This document shows positions 13,196 to 27,555 of a DNA stretch of 64,000 nucleotides, in pieces; positions within the stretch are counted from its first letter, which is position 1, and each line of letters begins with the position of its first letter. Source of the DNA: Sphaerodactylus townsendi (taxonomy: Eukaryota); the NCBI RefSeq assembly GCF_021028975.2, contig NC_059435.1, positions 2,294,001 through 2,358,000 on the forward strand, read 5' to 3'. Made by a program: the position numbers and the translations under genes. The notes under the pieces are model-generated. The model made no database searches and was not told the origin of the DNA. It saw nothing but the letters and a program-made list of their open reading frames with translations.

Positions 13196-14200
13196 TTAAT
13201 CCCCCACAATGTGCTCCAGGACACGCCTACCAAAGGAAGCCTGGACCGCATCAATGGAAGAGAGTCGGTAGTAGCGTACAAAAGATGGAGAAGCGGCTCT
13301 GCAAATCTCCTTGATGGGCACCTGCTTAACCAAGGCTGCGTTAGCTGCAGCACTTCTGGTTGAATGAGCGGTTAGAGCCACCGGGATAGGAAGGCGGCTG
13401 GCCTTATGGGCTTCTACAATGCAAGCTCTAATGTTTGAACTTACAGCTGCCGTGGACATGGCCTCACCCAACCTAGGAGGAGCCACAATGATAAAAAGGC
13501 ACTCTGACTTCCTGAAGGATTCAGATCGGATAAGGAAGGCCTTAAGGGAGCAGCACACGTCCAGGTGGTCCCAGAGATGCTCCCTAGGGTGTTTGGGATC
13601 CGGACAAAAGTTTGGAAGGACAACCTCCTGTCTAAGATGGAACCTAGAGTCCACCTTGGGTCTGAAGGATGGATCCAGCTTAAGAACCACCTTATCAGGG
13701 AAAAAATGGCAAAAATGTGAATTGGTGGAAAGCACCTTAATCTCCGAAACCCGTCTAGCCGATGTTATCGCCACCAGGAAAAGCAGTTTCATTCTTAACC
13801 ACCTAAGGTGGACTGGACGAGTTCGAAGGGAGACCTGGTGAGAGCATCCAACACTGAATGCAATCTCCAAGTAGGGAACCTATGAACCACGGGGGGCTGT
13901 GACAACTTAACCCCCTTCAGGAAGCTGACAACATCCGGATGTCTAGTGAGGGCTACCCCCTGCTGGGATAACCGTAGCCAAGGCTGCTAATTGACGCCTG
14001 AGAGTGGAACTACGGAGCCCGCTCTGGAACCAATCCTGAAAAAAACGTAGGATGTCAGCTAACAAGGGTGCCACTGGGTCTACCCTTTTACGTGAACACC
14101 AGCGTACGAAGGCTTTCCAGGATGAGTTATAAATTCTAATCGTAGACCCTCTCCTGGCCGCTAACATGGTGTCTACTACATCCCTGGAGTAGCCCTTGTC
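13196..14200 (-). pseudogene. DIRS-A tyrosine recombinase, disrupted
   Basis: Catalytic R (ARRVSE), HSTR and Y are present, but there are frameshifts and the TWS segment after ICRAA is missing (compare ICCAATWSTPS in DIRS-C). Confidence 0.85.
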
Positions 14201-15382
14201 TGTCATCCTGCTCCCCTCAATAGCCAAGCGGTCAGATTGAATCGACCTGGGTCTGAGTGAACTATGGTGCATTAGAAGATCTGGAACTACTGGCAACACA
14301 AAGGGAGAGGCACTGCAAAGCTCCTGGATCACTGAGAACCAAGGACGACGAGGCCAATTTGGAGCCACCAGAATCAGCAACCTCCTCTCTCGTTGAACCC
14401 AGTGCAGGAGCCTGGACAGCACCGCAAACGGGGGAAAGGCGTAAAGAAGACCACTTGGCCAACTGGTGGACAGGGCGTTGGTGTTTAGCGCCTGTGGATG
14501 GTAAAATCTGGACAGAAACGTCGGAACCTGTTTGTTCTCCTGAGAGGCGAAGAGGTCTGTCGTAGGAATCCCGAATCTCTCGGTGATCGATAGAAACACT
14601 GTGTGGTTCAGCCTCCACTCCGCCTCCCTGATCTTGGATCTGCTGAGCCAGTCTGCTTCCACATTCAAGACACCTCGAACATGCTCCGTTCGTAGGGAGG
14701 TCAGATTCGCCTCCGCCCATATCAGAATCTTGAAGGCTTCCTGGTGTAGATCAGACAATCTGGAGCCTCCCTGATGGTTGATATAACACTTCGCGGATAT
14801 ATTGTCCGTGTGGATGATGACATGACTTCGAAAGATCTTTCAGCAAAAATGTTTCAGAGCCAAAAAGATCACTCTGACTTCCAGGACATTGATGGGCATC
14901 TGTTGCAGATGTTCTGGCCAACTGCCCTGAGCATATAGGGATTCCAGTGTTGCACCCCAACCTATGAGGCTGGCATCTGTGAAGATGTGATAAGGCTCTG
15001 GAATTGAGAAAACCTTCCCTGAAGTCAGTTGTCGGTGCTGCAACCACCACTTCAGACTGACCTTCACAGTTGTGGGAAGACGAAGTGGCCTGTCCATCCT
15101 GAGGATGATCTGTGTGACAAAAGGGCGAAGCAGAGCCTGTAAGGGCCTGACATGGGCCTTTCCCCACTGAATCATGTCCATTGTAGAAAGTAGAAGACCC
15201 AGGAGGCTCGCCAACTGTAGTAAACTGCTCATGCTGCGTTTCAATGTCTGCAGTACTGCCTGATGGCTCTTCTGAACCTTGTTCTCGGGCACCGATAACG
15301 TGCAGTTGGTGGTGTTTACCTAGGTGCTCTATCATTCGAGACGGAGTTGTGGAGCTCTTTTCCTGATTGATCATGAACCCGT

Positions 15383-15691
15383 TGTAAAGATGCTGGTTGA
15401 GCTCACTCTTCTGATTGCCGTCCGGCCTTGACAGAATTCCTTCGGCCGGGTGAGGAGCCAGAATCCTCCATAGTAACCTTGTTTGTGGCCTTATCTTAGA
15501 TGTGTGAAACTAGCATTCCGTTCCCATGAGAATGTGACCGGGTGGTAGGGGGGGGGGGGACGGTTATAACCTGTAGTTTCGGAGGGAGCAGGCAGTCTTG
15601 CCATTCCGTGTATGTGTGCTTTCTGAAGTGTCTGAATAAACGGACTTTGAATCAATGCCTTTTATTTCTGCTTCTTTCGGAATTCCTTACA
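15383..15691 (+). mobile_element. Solo Gypsy LTR inserted in the DIRS-A RT region
   Basis: TGTAA...TTACA ends; 5-bp TSD CCCGT (15378-15382 and 15692-15696); AATAAA; similar to LTR 3190-3500. Confidence 0.93.
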
Positions 15692-18600
15692 CCCGTGATC
15701 CGACAGTATTTGTTGTACCTGGAGGACATCCCTTTTCGCTGACTCCCCTGACCTTGACCGAATCAGGATGTCATCCAGTTACGGATGCAAATGTATGCCC
15801 TGGCTCCTGAGAAGAGCTATAGGGGCCACTAAGACCTTTGTGAAGACACGGGGAACTGTCGCTAACCCGAAGGGAAGGGCTATGAACTGGAAATGACTCT
15901 GCCCGATGGCAAACCTGAGGTATCGTTGGTGGGCCCGATGGATAGGAACATGCAAATACACCTCGGACAAGTCCAAGGAAGTCAAGAAGTCTCAGTGTTG
16001 AATGGCTTCTACTGTAGAACGAAGAGATTCCATCCGAAATCTGAATCATCTGATATGTTTGTTGACATGTCTCAGGTTGAGAATGGCTCTGGTGTCCCCA
16101 TTCTTCTTGGGGACTGTAAAGAACAAAGAATATGTCCCTTTGAACCATTGATGCTCTGGAACAGGTTGGATGGCGTGAATGTCCACTAGGTGCTGAACTG
16201 CCAACCTCAACCGAGAGGCCTTGTTCAGGTTGGAACTGACCGGGGAGGGAATGAATCGGTTCTTTGGCCAATGCCTGAATTCTAAGGAGTAGCTTTCTGA
16301 AACAACCTCCCTGACCCAGGCGTCTATGTGTTCTCCTATCTACACGTGGCTGAAGGCCGAAAGATGCCCCCCAATGGGAAGGCTCTGGCAGTCATGTCTT
16401 GTTTCCGCCCGTCTCGGAACAGAAACCCTTACTAGCCTTGCCCTGGGATCTGAACTCCTGTCTTTTATGGAAGGATGACTGATTTTGCCAAGAGTGTCTT
16501 CTCCCATCCCTACTGGAACGGAAGGATGGGCGAAAAGATTGAAAGGACTGCCTTGGCACAAATTTGGGTTTTTCTGCACACACCAAATGTGGCATGGTCT
16601 TTTTATGGTCTTTCGTTTCTACCAGAATGTGGTCCAGTTCTGTGCCTAAGAGGATGCCAGCCTGAAAATCAAAGCTAGACACTACCGTCTTTGAAAGAAT
16701 ATCCGCCTGCCACGGCTTGAGCCAGATTAAGCGATGCACCACTGAGGCGGTGGCCATGGTGTGTGAGGAATTGAGGAATGCATCCAGCATGTCATCGGCT
16801 AAGAAGACAGAAGCCATTAGCACCTGCTCAACACCCCCCCCCCACCCTGATCCTCTGGGGGAATGCGTGCCAGCAGTCGCTGAAGCCATACGATGGCGGC
16901 TGGAGCCAGAATCTTGGCCGACATGGCTGTGCCCTCATGCACCCTGCGTTGTAGATGATCCGCCTTTTTCTCCAAGGGATCCTTCTTAATGGACCCCTCC
17001 CCGTCCCTATACACTAGGCCACCCGAATGCAAGGCTGAAACTGGCCCATCAACTAAGGGGGTCCTAGTGAGGGAAGTGAGATGGTCAGGAGTAAGATAAA
17101 GCTTCTTAAAGGCAGGTGGAAACCCCTTATTTTTAGCCTGCCCCATCCATTCTTTTTTAAACTTTCTCTCAAATATCTCAGGGAGTGGGAAATATTTTTG
17201 AGATTCCTCATCCTTGGGAAATATGGAGGCTAACCCCTTGGGACAACCCTTGATAGGTTTGGAGATATCCTTAGCACCGGGGTCCTCCGCATTTGCTGTT
17301 ATGCAATTCAAGCGCTGTAATGGTCTTTGACAATAGAAAAGAAATATCCTCAGATTTAAAAAGTCTATGAGACTGTTCAGAGGTTTCTGCCTGAGGCGAT
17401 TCTGGCTCTGATAAATGGTCAGAGTCCTGGTCTACCTCCCCCTCTGAAAAGTCACTCAGATCTGTACTAGGGGAAGAGTCTCGCCATAGCCTGTCCCTGT
17501 CAGATCTCCTAGGAGACCTGGATCTGCCCCAGGCTCTAACAGGCAGGGGTCTAGAAGACGAATGAGGGCTACAGTAACGCCCCCACCTCCTCCCTGATGG
17601 ATTCCTTCATCAACGAAACCAGGCGATCTGGGGTGAAATTAGCCCACTCGAAGCCCGGCCGGGTTGCAACGGGGCCAGAAACCGCCTCCCCTCCAGAATC
17701 TTGCCTGCGCACCAGCGCTGAAGACACTGTGCTCAGGACCACTGCAGAAGGTAGCTGACTCCACAGGCCTGCTCGCTGGTTCAGACGCTGCCAGCGCCTC
17801 AGAGCCCGTTGTCTCCTGGCCCTCGGAACGGCTGCGGCGTCAACGCAGAGGCCCGGCTGAGGACGAGCGCCTCAGACTGCCTTGCTTGCGGCCGTTCTCT
17901 CTCGACGGGGACCACTGGCCAAGCCGCTGGCTGCGCTGTGTCCCCAGAGCCTCTTCCTCTCTCCCAGCCCTCCGGCTGTGCGAGAAGGAGCCGCCCGTCT
18001 TGAACGCCGCTCTAGTGCTCTCCGTGATTGAGCGCACAAAACACTCTCATGGTGGAGAAAATGGCATCGACGCCATTATCACGAAGAACTTCTGGCGGGA
18101 AAATCCTCCAGTTTGTCCCCTCCTTCACACTCACCCCACAGACCACAGAGGAACAGGGGGGGAGGGGTGTGGGGGGGATTAAGGATGTACACAGGGGAAA
18201 ATCGAAACACACAAACACAAAAAACACTTTCCTTTGAAGAGCCTACAAAAGAACCTGCTCTCCCTGATCAAGGCAGGAAGATACTGGGGCTTGATGACAT
18301 CAGCAGGGCAAGTGGGAGTGGTCAACAGAATTTTTCCTGCCTCCTTGAGAGAAGCTGATGAACACCCAAGCAAGACGGTCTCCCACCATCCAGTAGAACA
18401 ACTATCACGCTGGGGGAACTCTAGGAATCTCTTGAGACTGGTAACCCTGTTCTTGGCCTCTACAATCTTTTAATCATGACTAGAGAACGGGAAACTGTAG
18501 GCTCCCTCAAATCCAGCTTGTTTCCTCATACCACAATTAAGGGTTACATTAGCACAGATCTTAAGCACTTTAACCAGCTTTAAACCACACCCTCTAACTA

Positions 18601-18883
18601 GGTTCAGAACCTGTTCAGAGGAAACTGGTTGGCATCAATTATAACAACACTGATGCTAAAAAAAAGAAGACCCAGTTCACAGGGTCTGCTCCTACCCTCT
18701 TAGTTAAGGCATCAGCATGGTGCATGTGCACTGTTCAACTTTTCCAGAACAGCTATAGAGCAAAAGCAACTTTCTATCCTGTGAAGAACAACTCTGGCAT
18801 CATCCCATGTATCAAATGGTGGCAGAACAAACAACCAAGACAATGAAGGACATCCCAGTTCATACTTCTAAAAAACATGGCTA

Positions 18884-19431
<548 letters not shown>

Positions 19432-19649
19432 CTGCAACAGAGAAAAAACTTCTAAGACTACAAAGTACAAACTGTTCAAATCAAATACTGGGATCAAACA
19501 ATGATATGAGGAACTGCTGAAAGAAAATCCGTTCTGACAAGATTATGACAAAATCTATTTTTTTAAAGCAGCAATTTCTGCATCATTGTCCCGCCAAACT
19601 ATATTGATAACAGAAGAGTTAGCTTATATTTCCCTAAAATCTTTTTATT

Positions 19650-20870
19650 CCAGACGTAGAGGACAGCCCATCAGCCTACCTTGTGCCTACGATCCCTCCC
19701 GATTCTATTATACGCAGATGATGCTGTTCTAGTATCGAGAACTCCAGTTGGGATGCGGAGGGCATTAGCTGCATTCTCAACTTATTGTGAAAAAGAAGAA
19801 CTGACAATTAACATAAATAAAACAAAAGTGATGGCATGTGGAAAGCGCCCTCCCAAAAGATCTTGGTCAATAAACAGAAACAGACTAGAACAAGTTGACA
19901 AATTTAAGTATTTAGGTGTCGTGGTTCAAGCTTCAGGGAGCCATGTTACTCACTGTAATATGATAACTGAGCGGGTAGAAAAGACAATATATGCAGTGCT
20001 GAAGTTCTTCCGTACTAAAGGGGGTTTCTATGTACCAGCAGCACTAAAATTATACCAAGCTAAAATATTGACACAACTTCTATACGGTGTCTATTTGGGG
20101 ATTGCACAATCGAGTATGATACAGCTAGAAAGGCTACAGTCCAAATTTTTCAGAGCAATCCTTCAGCTTCCTCCAGGAGTCCCAAATACATTTATTAGGC
20201 TTGAAACGGGAGTAATGAGCCTGAATGATAAGATAATGTAACAACGGTATATAAATGGATACAGTTACACACTAGTTCAAATGGTCTCAGCCCTTTCTAG
20301 CAAAAGATCCATATAAACCCTCATTAGGCTCCAAAGAGATGGAGAAGTGCCTTAATAAATGTGGCCTTCCATATAACACCCGTATGATCAAAAATTGGGA
20401 TCACTTTAAAAGTGAACTTGCAAAGAATCAAAAGATGTATCACGACAGTCCTGATCTGGCAAGATATTCAGATTTTTCCTCTATGCTATATACACAGAAA
20501 TATATCACTGCCCCTGCTCCTTATTTAACTTATCTGGATAACAAAGATCTAAGGAGAGCTTTTACTCTTGCAAGAAGTGCACATTTACCTTCTGCTGTCT
20601 TAGAAGGAAAATATCAAAAGATACCTTACGCTGCAAGGTTATGTTCTTGCTCTCTGAACTCTGTAGAAACTATAGAGCATATGTTATTAAAGTGTCCCCT
20701 TTATGAGGAAGCAAGGAAAAAATGCCTGTCACATCTACTACACAAAATGACATATTGTTCAAGTAAGTTTGTTGCCGAAGAAACTATTACAAGATAAGAA
20801 GGAGAATATTGCTAAATGGGTAGCAAAATTCTGTCTATTCATTATGAAAAAGAAAAAATGAAAAAACATC
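19650..20870 (+). mobile_element. 5'-truncated non-LTR retrotransposon (RTE-X-like) ORF2 C-terminal part
   Basis: ILLYADDAVL, ININKTKVM, FKYLGV and the RLCSCSLNSVETIEHMLLKC zinc knuckle. Confidence 0.8.
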
Positions 20871-21040
20871 AATAAGTAAAGAGCCTGTTGAATTTGCTGC
20901 ACTCCCTGACGAGGCAGGAAGATACTGGGGCAAGATGGCTATGGCCCGCCTACAGGAAGTGACCAAAGTATATTTCCTGCCTCCTTGATTGATGGTGGAG
21001 AATAACCCAAACAAGATGGCCTACACCATCCAGGAGAACA
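20871..21040 (-). mobile_element. Orphan DIRS 5' terminus (DIRS-B family)
   Basis: Near-identical to ~48234-48401, with no DIRS body adjacent. Confidence 0.9.
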
Positions 21041-21699
21041 ATACATTACTATAGTGGTCTTCAACTTTTGCAGGCAGGATAAACCCCACCCCCACAAGTA
21101 GCAGCATGGGACACACTGTGCAGCAAAGTCACCTGCAATCAGAATCACATGACAAGAAGCAGAAGAGGGTACAGCTTTAGGATGAACAAGAGACCTCAGA
21201 GATCTCCCCTCTTCTCCCCTCTCCTAGGCTGGGCCACTGTGGCAGTGAAATTCAAACACCCTCTCCAGCGCTTGTGGTATAGATTCCATCTTGGAAGAGG
21301 CAGGGCTGTGCTGAGTATTAGCACCTAGGGGTGGGGATCCCTCCCGAGCCCTGAGGGGGAAGCTGGTGGAAATTGGAAAAACCTCGTATTTGAGTACCGG
21401 CACATTTTTTGCAAAAAAAAGGCAGCCCTGGGAAAAGGGGGGGTGTCTCTCGCCACAAGGGCAGGCTGTGAATACTGGAGGACCAGTTGGTGCAGCCACA
21501 AGCCCAAAAAGGTTGCTCCATCAAGGACTCTGCAGGCTTTGCAGGACTCTGCAGCACACAGGCTGAAGGGTGCTGAGCTCTTCACACAGCTAAAGCCTTC
21601 CCATCACGGTCTGCAGATAATTACATTCCAAGAAATGCTGGTGCCTGTAAAGTGTTTGAGCTAGAGATTCAAAATTTGCAAAAATTCCAAATTCCTATA

Positions 21700-22860
21700 A
21701 ATGCTTAAATATTTAAAATATTTATAAACCCGCCAGGACCTAAAGCAGGCAATAACAATATAAAAATGATTTGGTAAAAAGCATTAGAACAACAACTATA
21801 GAAAGACCTTAAAACCAAAATACCTTATGAACCACCAGCAGGGTATGTATTCTCCCTTTGCCCAGGCTCAGACTCCACCCCCACCCCACAAAGTTCTCTT
21901 ATCGCCTTGCAGGGAAAAAAAAACACCCCTCATCTCTTCTGGAGGCTATTCCAGAGGCAGGGGGCCTCAGTGGAAAAAGCCCAGCCTGGATCAATGCAGT
22001 ACAGACTTTAAGACTACAGGGGTACTAATAACAGGCCTGGCTTGGAAGGACAGAACTGCTGCCTGATAACATGCAGCAAGAGGCGGTCCTTCAAGTATGT
22101 GGCCCAGGTCACCAGGGGCTTGAAAGGTAAACATCAGAACCCTGAATTGGAGGAAGGAGGGGGAGGAGGAGGAGAGGAGAGGAGAGGAGGGGGAGGAGAG
22201 GAGGAGTAGTTTGGATTTATACTAAACTTTCATCTCCTCTAAGGAGTCTCAAAACAGCTTACAATCCCCTTCCTTTCATCTCCCCACAGCAGCCACCTTG
22301 TGAGGTAGAAGAGGCTGAGGGAGTTTGAAGAAAACTGTGACTAGCCCAAAGCCACCCAGCAGGCTTCATGTGTAGAAGTGGAGATACAAATCTTATTCTC
22401 CAAATAACAGCCGCTCATATGAAGGTGTGGGACATCAAACCCAGCTCTCCAGTTTGGAGTCCACCTGCTCTTAGCAACTACATTAGTAGTGGACCCAGAC
22501 ACTAATTGGCATCCAGTGAAAGGACCTCAGAATAGGAATGCCATGCTTCTAAAGGCTGGCCCCAGGCTGCTGCATTTTGTACCAGCTCCAGCTTCTAGAC
22601 TATCTTCAAGGACAGTCCCACGTAGAGTAATCTAGCCCTGAGGCTACTGAGCATGGATCAGTGTGGCCAGATCAGGCATTTACAAGCAGGTACTGGTAGC
22701 TAACTTCTGAACTTGATAAGCTGGGGTGAAATAATTTCTCACTTTCACAGACACCTTTTTCCTTCAGCAAAAACTGAACACTGTCAATGGCAGGAATAAC
22801 ACCTCTATGTAAAGCAGTGGCCCTTCCTGCCAGCATCATGTCCATTTTATCTGGATTACC
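21700..22860 (-). mobile_element. Old L2 LINE 3' fragment, interrupted by a SINE
   Basis: Degenerate similarity to the reverse complement of the L2 ORF2 end (e.g. GGGCTTGAAAGGTAA..AGAACCCTGAATTG; TAATCTAGCCCTGAGG). Confidence 0.55.
22148..22490 (-). mobile_element. Squam3-like tRNA SINE with (CCT)-rich tail
   Basis: Reverse complement resembles the SINE at 32011-32324; GGA-rich run at 22148-22205. Confidence 0.8.
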
Positions 22861-24900
22861 CTCCAGTTTGGACTTCCTCCCTTAGTAAAGATGTAAATTT
22901 TCCAAAAATGTTTAAACCACAAAAATTGGGGGGGGGAGGGAAGAGAGCTTTTTCAGAACAATAGTATTTTTTTATCCCCCCCCCCTCCTGTTCCCACAGC
23001 CCTTCCCACTGCTACCCCTCAGACACTTGGCCCACAGCACCAAAACCCTGGGCCAGGACACGGGCAGCTGCAGCTGGCAGCTTATTCAGTCAGCTGTATT
23101 GATGCTCACCTGCCCAGAAACTTCAGATTATCTCATTACAAAGAAATGAAACAAAACATTAATCACCCATCCACTCCACTATATTACAGAGTGGGTACAT
23201 ATATCAAATATAACCCTATCTGAATCCATGAGTAGGTAAACAAACATTCTAGGATCAACAACAAAATACTTTTTTTTAGTTAAGCTTTCTCTATGCTCCA
23301 AAAAACATGGAGGTTGTAAATTAACCAGAGATTAATTTTTGAGCCATGTAAACAGTCCACATGCTTTCTCACAAATTAGCTTCCAAGCATGTAATCTTGC
23401 TTTAGGATTTCAGTTGGGTATCTGAAGAAGTTCTGAGAATGTGCCCCTGACAGATATTCAGCAGGTTCAGCTCATTCTGCAGTAAATACTTGCTACATAC
23501 GCACCTAATGAATTCAGCCTGATGCATCCATGAACCCATGTATCAATAATTTATTATGTCATGGACATAATAAAGAATAAAATTTACATTAACAGTGTCC
23601 CTTTTAATTAAGTGGTCCTTTTTAATTAAGATGCATACACAAACATATATATCAAAAAGAAAGCTAGGTCAAAAAGGAAGCTAAAATTCTTCTTTCTATG
23701 TGACGTTCCACATTGTAAAAGAGATACTGGAATCTCCCATCTGCTGTAGGACTGATGAGTAATAGAAATTATGCTATGGAGAGTGACAATGAAATTGAGG
23801 TGCCCCAGTGATCTCCATGGAAGAAAATTACATCCTTTTGAGTGGGCAGTCACTTCCACAGCATATCAGGCACAGTTTTCTGGATGTGTTGAAGCCACAG
23901 GACAATCCAGAGAAGAGTTACTCCACTCTAAACCTTATGGAAATGCATATGGGACTCTTGTTTTCCCCCCTGCAGTTGAAGCAATGTAAAAGAGCTGCTA
24001 CATTATCTTTAAATTACATTCCCTTTAATTTTTTTTAAGCATTATTCCAAAAAAAGCAATTCCTGCATAAAGCTTTGAATTGGTTTCAACATTTAAACTT
24101 ACTTGTTTGTTTTCTCCTAACGAAATATTTCAATTGAAGTACTTCTTGCTATGGGCTATACAATTTACACCAAGTACTTTTAAAATATGATATTTAATGT
24201 GTCAAAATAAACATACCGCTACTAAATCAGATTGCCGTCTGTGTAGGGCTTTGTAGAATATTTTCTAATTATTTTTTTCTGGAAAACCCTCATTACTGCA
24301 TAGGATTGTACATTTAAAAATGCCACAAAATTTACAAGCCTATTTTTATGTGTCAGGGGAATTGTAGGTGATTGAGATGCATTCCTAACTCAATGTAATT
24401 GCTACAAGATACATGTAACCAGCCTGCTACACATTACCACTTCCATTCTGGGGCATTCTTTCTTTGATCTTAACTTTATGGCTTCACACACTGAGTAGAT
24501 AACTAGGCTTTCCCCTGAAACTCTGGTCCCGTGAGAACCAGGATCGTTTGCGTTATCTCATGGGGGCAGGATGCCAGGTGGCTCTCTGTCTCTACCTGTT
24601 GCTGACCTTGGCGCGCTGCAGCTCCAAACTAATTTTTTCTCACATTTCTTGGGGAAATGGGACTAACATCAGAATAAAGTTTCGCCAGAACTGGCTTTAT
24701 CAAGCTGGGTTCTTCGATGTCTATCAATAAATGCTGCTGATCAACAATACAAAGACTGTTTATTGCTTCAAGGTTCAAGAACTAACATTATGAACATCAA
24801 CAAAAAGATAGAAATCTTAGAATACTAATGAACCATATAAATATGCCAAAGCTCTTAAACTATACTATTCCAAGGGCAGAGGGTGGGGGGGGAGCGCATC

Positions 24901-25121
24901 CAGAGGTGGGATTCAGGGGGTTCCAAAGGTTCTGTAGAACCTGTTGTTAACATTTAAAATATCACTTTTTAATACTTAAAATATTTTTATTAAGTATTAA
25001 TATTTTTAATACTTAAAATAAAAAGTGGTATTAAAAAATTTTTAAAATACTTTTTAACGGTCATTATTTGAATCCCACCACCATCGGAACCTGTTGTTAA
25101 AATGTTTGAATCCCACCACTG
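24901..25121. mobile_element. hAT-type MITE
   Basis: TIRs CAGAGGTGGGATTCA / TGAATCCCACCACTG; 8-bp TSD AGCGCATC / GGCGCATC (7/8 match); AT-rich internal region. Confidence 0.85.
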
Positions 25122-25245
25122 GGCGCATCACATGAACAGCCTGCCCTGAATCCATTGGCAGCTCTGAAAACCCCATAAACTTGCAGTTCTCCACTCTTAG
25201 GAGCACACTATGCTATAACGGTTTTACATTACAGAATGCTTTTAC

Positions 25246-25790
25246 ATTAATTAATTAATTAATTAATTAATTAATTAATTAATTAATTAATTAATTAATT
25301 ATTCCACTCATATACCACCCTCCCCCGGAGGGCTCAGGGCGGTTTACAACAATAACAACAGACAAGTGGATAGATAAAATACTGTACAGAGTACTGGTCC
25401 TCAAGTTAAAATACAGTGCTCAGTTACCATAACCATTTTAAATACAGATAGCGTCTGACTATTAAAACTCCTCTAAGAGGGGAACAGCGGGCCTTAGTTG
25501 TTAACGGGCACGTATATCAGCATCTGGCCTCCCCAAAAGCCCGGCGGAATAGCTCAGTCTTACAGGCCCTGTGGAACTCGTTAAGGTCCCGCAGGGCCCG
25601 GACAGCTGGAGGGAGAGCATTCCACCAGGCAGGGGCCTGAGCTGTAAAAGCCCTGGCCCTAGTGGAGGCCAGCCGCATCATGGAGGGGGTGGGGATCACC
25701 AGCAGATTGGCCAGACGGTCTCATAGGTACAAGGGTCCCAGACCGCGTAAGGCCTTAAAGGTTAACACCAGTACCTTGAAGATGATTCGG
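25246..25790 (-). mobile_element. L2 LINE 3' fragment with (TTAA)n tail, same family as 39567-44120
   Basis: PSMMRLASTRARAFTAQAPAWWNALPPAVRALRDLNEFHRACKTELFRRAFGE is nearly identical to the ORF2 end at ~43660-43834. Confidence 0.92.
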
Positions 25791-27555
25791 TACCTTGAAG
25801 ATGATTTACATTACAAAATGATTTACATTACAAAAGTACCTTGAAGATGATTTACATTACAAAATCTAATATTACTTTCTGTCCCTCATCATTTTGCATT
25901 ATTGACACTGTAAATCTTTGGGAAAGGGCTTGTTTTTCTCATACTACGCAAAGTGCTCTGTTTATTTTAAGCTCCATAAAAGTTCCACAAATTCAGACAA
26001 GCTTTGCTGAGAATTGTAGAACAGAAGCCAAGTAGAGGAGATCTTTCATTAAGACAAAATGACACTTTCAAGAAACCTAAGAAGTGTAAAACTGCACCAT
26101 CCTCTCAAACTGGGGAGAGAGATTCCGAGTTGACACACTTGTCCTCCTGACCCCCCCAGGAGGACATCCCAAGCCAAAGGGGAAGGGTTAAGTGGGGCAG
26201 CTGCAGAGCCAAGTTCAGAGTCCAAGGGAATGGCAGCTAATTGCCAACTAAGAGCCAAACGCCAGGCACAAAGGAAATAAGCAGGATGAGGGGGTGAATA
26301 TTAATGGTTTATCCTTAAATTTCCTCTGAGGGAATCCAGGGCAAACCTTACTAAATCACACAGCTTGTTTATATGTGGCAGCTTGCCTTTGCAGATCTTT
26401 GCTTTGAGAGAGCCCATGCTGGAAGATCTTAATTCCTATACTTTACCTGAAAGAGCCATGAATACTACTCCAAGTTGCAGCTGAATAAACCCTCTGGTAT
26501 TTATTACAACAAAATATCCAATGGCAAGGACAGTCAAACAAATAACATTAATTTCCTTATTTTTTTACACCATAATAATTGGCATTTATATTCAAGCATG
26601 ATGTAGAAACCTAATGAGAAATCACTATTAAGCTACAAAAATTAAGAAGCAAAGTTACAAATATGAACAAGTCTTCAGACCAAAGAAAACAACAGGGTTC
26701 TTCTTCCACTGCCAACCTCTAACCACAAAGAATAAGAACTGAACCCTTCTGCAAGCTGGAATTAAAATTGGTGGTTGTTTTGCAGCAGTCTGCACACAAT
26801 CTGTGCTTAATTTGGGTTTAATCAGCATATTCAAATATTACCCGTGTAATGTTTTCCGCTCTGTTCTAGTAGTATTAAAGATCTGGAGTCCAATGTCAGA
26901 CAATTATGTGGTCATTCTTTTTTTTTTTTTAGGAGGTTGGAGTCACAATAAAATATTTAAATTTAACACACCACCGCAAGTAGGGTAATTAAAATAGTTC
27001 TAGCCAAATTACATCTCTCTATGGTTTTTAATTATTTGCAACGACTACCAAAAACGATGCAAAGCTTAGCCTTAAAATGTAAGGAGAATGACATTAGTCC
27101 TAAAAAACCCTGCCAATTCCCAAGTTCATCTGTTCAGCCTCAATCGCAAAGCAGGACAAACACTGGTACATCGCAGTTTGAAAACTGAGACCTGCATTAC
27201 TATCGTCATCTACAAAATAATTTGGAGGAATGCCACCAGTTTCAATTGCCCAGCCTCTCTAACCTTCCTCAAAGTCTACACATTTTCCACATTTTAAACA
27301 TAGCCCTATATTGTGAGTCAACAATTTCTGTCCCAGTTTAGATGACACACGGGATTTACTTCCACTCGTTTGCTGAACTTCACGCTGCACTAAAAAGAGG
27401 TAAAAGTACTTTTGACATGTAGGAGATATTACCACCCAGTACATAATCTGAGCCCAAATCTTCATGATATTCCACTTCCAGTAAATATTAAAAACTCCAA
27501 GAGAAAAAAAACTTTTGATAAAAACGTTCTGAGTAAACAAATATGTCCAACTTAC

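Larger units (their letters stand above)
12742..18399 (-). mobile_element. DIRS1-type tyrosine-recombinase retrotransposon A (full-length layout, mutated)
   Basis: Inverted terminal repeats (~12757-12879 vs ~18280-18399) and internal complementary region (ICR) at ~13065-13160. Gag-like ~18060-16392; RT SLDLSEVYLHVPI..LPFGL; RNase H IFTDASLIGWGA..INVLE; methyltransferase-like DLFAS..YAFPP; recombinase SARRVSE..AHSTR. Confidence 0.95.

Noticed and set aside
14260-14700. Phage-like DNA adenine methyltransferase motifs (DLFA..YAFPP) as horizontal transfer
   Set aside because: This is an established standard domain of DIRS1 elements, present in A, C and D.
23095-23115. Minus-strand donor CAG|GTGAG as another SLC20A2 exon
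   Set aside because: No convincing acceptor or promoter context; a lone donor motif is expected by chance.
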